From Mobula birostris (taxonomy: Eukaryota), in the NCBI RefSeq assembly GCF_030028105.1, contig NC_092379.1, positions 26,529,821-26,593,820 on the forward strand: a DNA stretch of 64,000 nt, written 5' to 3'. Positions 60,111-64,000 of this stretch are shown one piece after another; position 1 is the stretch's first letter; the number at the start of each line of letters is the position of its first letter. The notes beneath the pieces were generated by a model that saw nothing but the letters and a program-made list of their open reading frames with translations, made no database searches and was not told the DNA's origin. Both the position numbers and the translations under genes were made by a program.

Positions 60111-62554
60111 TATCTATGGCTTCCCGTTTGAAGTTACACGAACAGAAGAGAAGGAATTGGACACATTTTGGTGAATAAAGTAAGAAAATATTACTCCCAA
60201 CATCGGCCAAAGTAGCAGAGGAGGCTTGTTAGCTTTTAGTTCCCTCTGGTATAATGTATGAACGAGGTATCTTCAAATTTGTACACGAATAACTCCAACT
60301 GTTTTGGACAGTAAATAACCTTCCGAAGCATGGACAAAACAAACGATTTACTTTCCGATATATTAAGAAACTTGAAGCATTATGTCAAAGAGTGTGTGTG
60401 TTCTTTTTGTTCTTTGCATTCCAGTTCACTATGTTACAGTCATTAAACATACAGCTCCATTTATTCTGATGAAAGGCGATTAGCGACTTCAAAATCTCTT
60501 CTTAGCATTCAACTCGTCCCTTGTTTCCCAATGTTATCGTCTAGGGGCGGCAGCTGATGCGCTCCAGTTTCTTGCTTTTTGAGGTTCATGGTGATATCAA
60601 TCACAGAGAGAGAGAGAAAAAATAAAAACGTCGACCAGAAGCAGGAACACTTGAGGATCTGTGCCTGCATCGTTGATGTCAGAAGTTACCCGTTCTTTCA
60701 GTTTTTATCGATATCTTGAATGTCGAATGTAAAGTTACTATTCTGCAATGAAGTGCACTCTGTAAATCGCCTCTGACTTAACCTAGCCCTCCCGAGAACT
60801 GCCTCTGCACAATCTGTCACTAAATTATTCGGTGGTGCCCTCTACTGTTGTGTGCAAATCACTGGTCCCTGTACACTGTGTGGTTGTGCGGCTTCTCAGT
60901 AACTAATTTACACCCGTGCACATAACTTTCTTGCCAAAGAACTGACATTTTATTTCCTATAACATCAACATAATTTCCAAGTTGTGCAAATTGAAAGTAG
61001 AAATCTATGCTAATATAATTTAGATACATGGTGGATTGATTGTGTAATGTATATAAAACATTAATACTGGAAAGAATTAAACTTTCAGACATTTTATAGA
61101 TTCAGTATTTTTAAATTGACAATGTTTCAAGTTAAAAACACTGCTGCAATTTTTTTAAAAAAACAATCAAAGAGTGGAAATGGATAGCTAGTTGATAATA
61201 AACCGCCAGCCCGCTGAACACACATGCTGACTAGTTAACTATATTCGTTTTGTCATTGTGCCTATCAGTGTTTGATATCATTTACTTATGTTATGATATG
61301 TTGTTTGTGTTTGTTCGATATGAAAAATATCCATATTCTGACTGGTTTGAGTATTTCTATTAAAAAATCAAATTATAATTGTATTTTTTTCTTAAAAAAC
61401 TTTCAAGTAGTGATTATATTTTCTTACCCTTCTCAAATGATAACGTGTGCATTTTTTTTCATATTGAGGATGCCGATATAAAAAAGAATGTCCAAATTAA
61501 ACTCCAAATGAGTGAGAAGCAAGAGAAAAGCTTGTTGGCTGAATAAAGTATTTGTCTCTGATATTGTAAAATTGGAAAATAATTACAATACCTTCACTAT
61601 TAAAATTATTCCTTTTGTGCATGCTGTATAACGAAAGTGGCCAAATGTGTAATTATACTAGAGAGTTGGTGTGGTGAGAACTGTGATTTGGAATTGTCTG
61701 AGTGCATCAGCATTGAGTGTCAGACGCAAAAAAAAAAAATGAAGAAATGAGGGAAAACTACTTTCCATGCACAAATTGCAAATGACGTAAAACAAATTTG
61801 TACAGAGAATTTTAACATTGGACTTTAAGATTCGACTGGAAATGAACAGAACAATGAATCAGTGTTTGTGAGATCTTTGGGGCAATCTGCACTTGCCAGC
61901 ATGACATTAGTTGAAGCGGGAAAATATAAATACCAGCAATTAACTTGATATTAAAATAAAATGATTATATTTACGTAAGATAGAACAAATGTAATATTTG
62001 GACTGAAAAATTGATGGTGCTGCAGTCCTTTGCCAAGAAATAAAGCATCTGTCTGCTCTATATTAGGTTGTCCACAGATAAGGCAATGCATCGACAAAAA
62101 AAAGCAAAAGCAACAACATCTATGCAGTACATCAGAGTATTGCAAAGAAAAGTACATACAATGTTTAGTTGGTAGTCTGTAAAAGATAGAAAAGCTGGAA
62201 TACTTAACTCATGCAACATTATGTAATGTGATCTTAGTTCAAGCACGAAACAAAGTGATAAGGATGTCAGAACATTTTATGGTTACTGCATTATTAAGGA
62301 ATTACGAAGTAGAACCAGTGTTACAAAGCGCAGGTTAAACAATGTAAAGATACATTCACCAGGTATTCTCTGAAGTCTCTGACCGATGCACAATATCGAG
62401 TTGCTTCAAATCACCTTAACGATATTTACGAAACTAGGTCTTCAGATTAAGAATGCACACGGATATTCTGGAAACGATAGGCTGAATTCTTGCCAATGAG
62501 TTACATAGTACACAACCATAAGGATCATAAATTATAGATCCATTTAGTTCAGAA

Positions 62555-64000
62555 TGTAAGACCATAAGACCATAACACAAAGGAGCAGAAGTAGGCCATT
62601 CGGCCCATCGAGTCTGCTCCGCCATTTTATCTTGAGCTGATCCATTTTCTCTTATTTAGTCCCACTCCCCTGCCTTCTCACCATAACCTTTGATGCCCTG
62701 GCTACGCAGATACGTATCGATCTCTGCCTTAAATAAACCCAATGACTTGGCCTCCACTGCTGCCCGTGGGAATAAATTCCATAGATTGACCACCCTCTGA
62801 CTAAAAAAATTGCTTCGCTTTTCTGTTCTGAAAAGGCGCCCTTCAATCCTTAAGTCATGCCCTCTCGTACTTGACTCCCCCATCATGGGAAACATCTTTG
62901 CCACATTCACTCTGTCCATGCCTTTTAACATTCGAAATGTTTCTATGAGGTCTCCCCTCATTCTTCTAAACTCCAAGGAAAACAGTCCATGAGCGGACAA
63001 ACGTTCCTCATATGTTAAACCTCTCATTCCCGGAATCATTCTAGTGAATCTTCTCTGTACCCTCTCCAACGTCAGCACATCCTTTCTTAAATAAGGAGAC
63101 AAAAACTGCCCACAGTACTCCAAGTGAGGTCTCACCAGCGCCTTATAGAGCCTCAGCATCACATCCCTGCTCCTATACTCTATTCCTCTAGAAATGAATG
63201 CCAGCATTGCATTCGCCTTCTTCACTACTGACTCAACCTGGATGTTTACTTTAAGGGTATCCTGTACGAGGACTTCCAAGTCCTGTTGCATCTCAGAACG
63301 TTGAATTCTTTCCCCATTTAAGTAATAGTCTTCCCGTTTATTTGTTTTCTGCCAAAGTGCATAACCATACACTTTCCAACATTGTACTTCATTTGCCACT
63401 TCTCTGCCCATTCTTCCAATCTATCCAAGTTTCTCTACAGACTCTCCGTTTCCTCAGCACTACCGGCCCCTCCACCTATCTTCATATCGTCAACAAACTT
63501 AGCCACAAAGCCATCTATTCCATAATCTAAATCGTTGATGTGCAATGTAAAAAGAAGCGGCCCCAACACTTATCCCTGCGGAACACCAATGGTAACCAGC
63601 AGCCAACCAGAATAGTATCCCTTTATTCCCACTCTCTGTTTCCTGCCAATCAGCCAACGCTCTATCCAGGTATGTAACTTTCCCGTAATTCCATGGGCTC
63701 TTATCTTGTTTAGTAGCCTCATGTGTGACGCCTTGTCAAAGGCCTTCTGAAAATCCAAATATACAATATCCACTGCATCTCCCTTGTCTAGCCTACTGGT
63801 AAATTTCCTCAAAATATCGTAATAGTTATGTCAGGCAGGATTTTCCGTTAAGGAATCCATGCTGAGTTCTGCCTATCTTGTCATATGCCTCCAGGTACTC
63901 TGTAACCTCATCCTTGACAATCGACTCCAACAACTTCCCAACCACGGATGTCAAGCTAACAGGTCTATAATTTCCTTTTTGCCTCCTTGCCCACTTCTTA
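62555..64000 (-). mobile_element. Relatively well-preserved CR1 LINE 3' part (RT + tail), continuing beyond the window
   Basis: 251-aa ORF …KALVRPHLEYCGQFLSPYLRKDV…RRMRGDLIETF, plus VYLDFQKAFDK and VTIGVPQG. Tail is agaccataagaccata. Confidence 0.93.

Noticed and set aside
1-64000. tRNA or rRNA genes, CRISPR arrays, prokaryotic operons
   Set aside because: None seen. The tRNA-like boxes belong to SINE heads, and the only short tandem array (29466-29573) has no spacers.

Overview
Vertebrate genomic DNA, most likely from a cartilaginous fish (inferred from the repeat families and V-segment style), covering part of a T-cell receptor alpha/delta-type V-segment array. I found three germline V gene segments, each with a leader exon, phase-1 intron, V exon and 3' 23-bp-spacer RSS. 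V1 (3420-3904) and V2 (29753-30217) are on the minus strand; V3 (57272-~57712) is on the plus strand. I found no D, J or C segment. Most of the rest is decayed mobile DNA: many CR1 LINE pieces, Rex1/Babar LINE pieces, two convergent Gmr1-type gypsy LTR elements (one with PR-INT-RT-RH order), Penelope-like fragments, a HERO-type RLE non-LTR element, tRNA-derived SINEs and microsatellites. There is a 233-N assembly gap. The most interesting observations are a CTCF-like motif about 24 bp past the RSS nonamer of both V1 and V3, the inverted V3 with a weak RSS, extra Cys and Tyr-corner Phe, and an in-frame triplication of the YIG motif at a Penelope 5' junction. Mobile-element boundaries and identities were judged by eye and are approximate.
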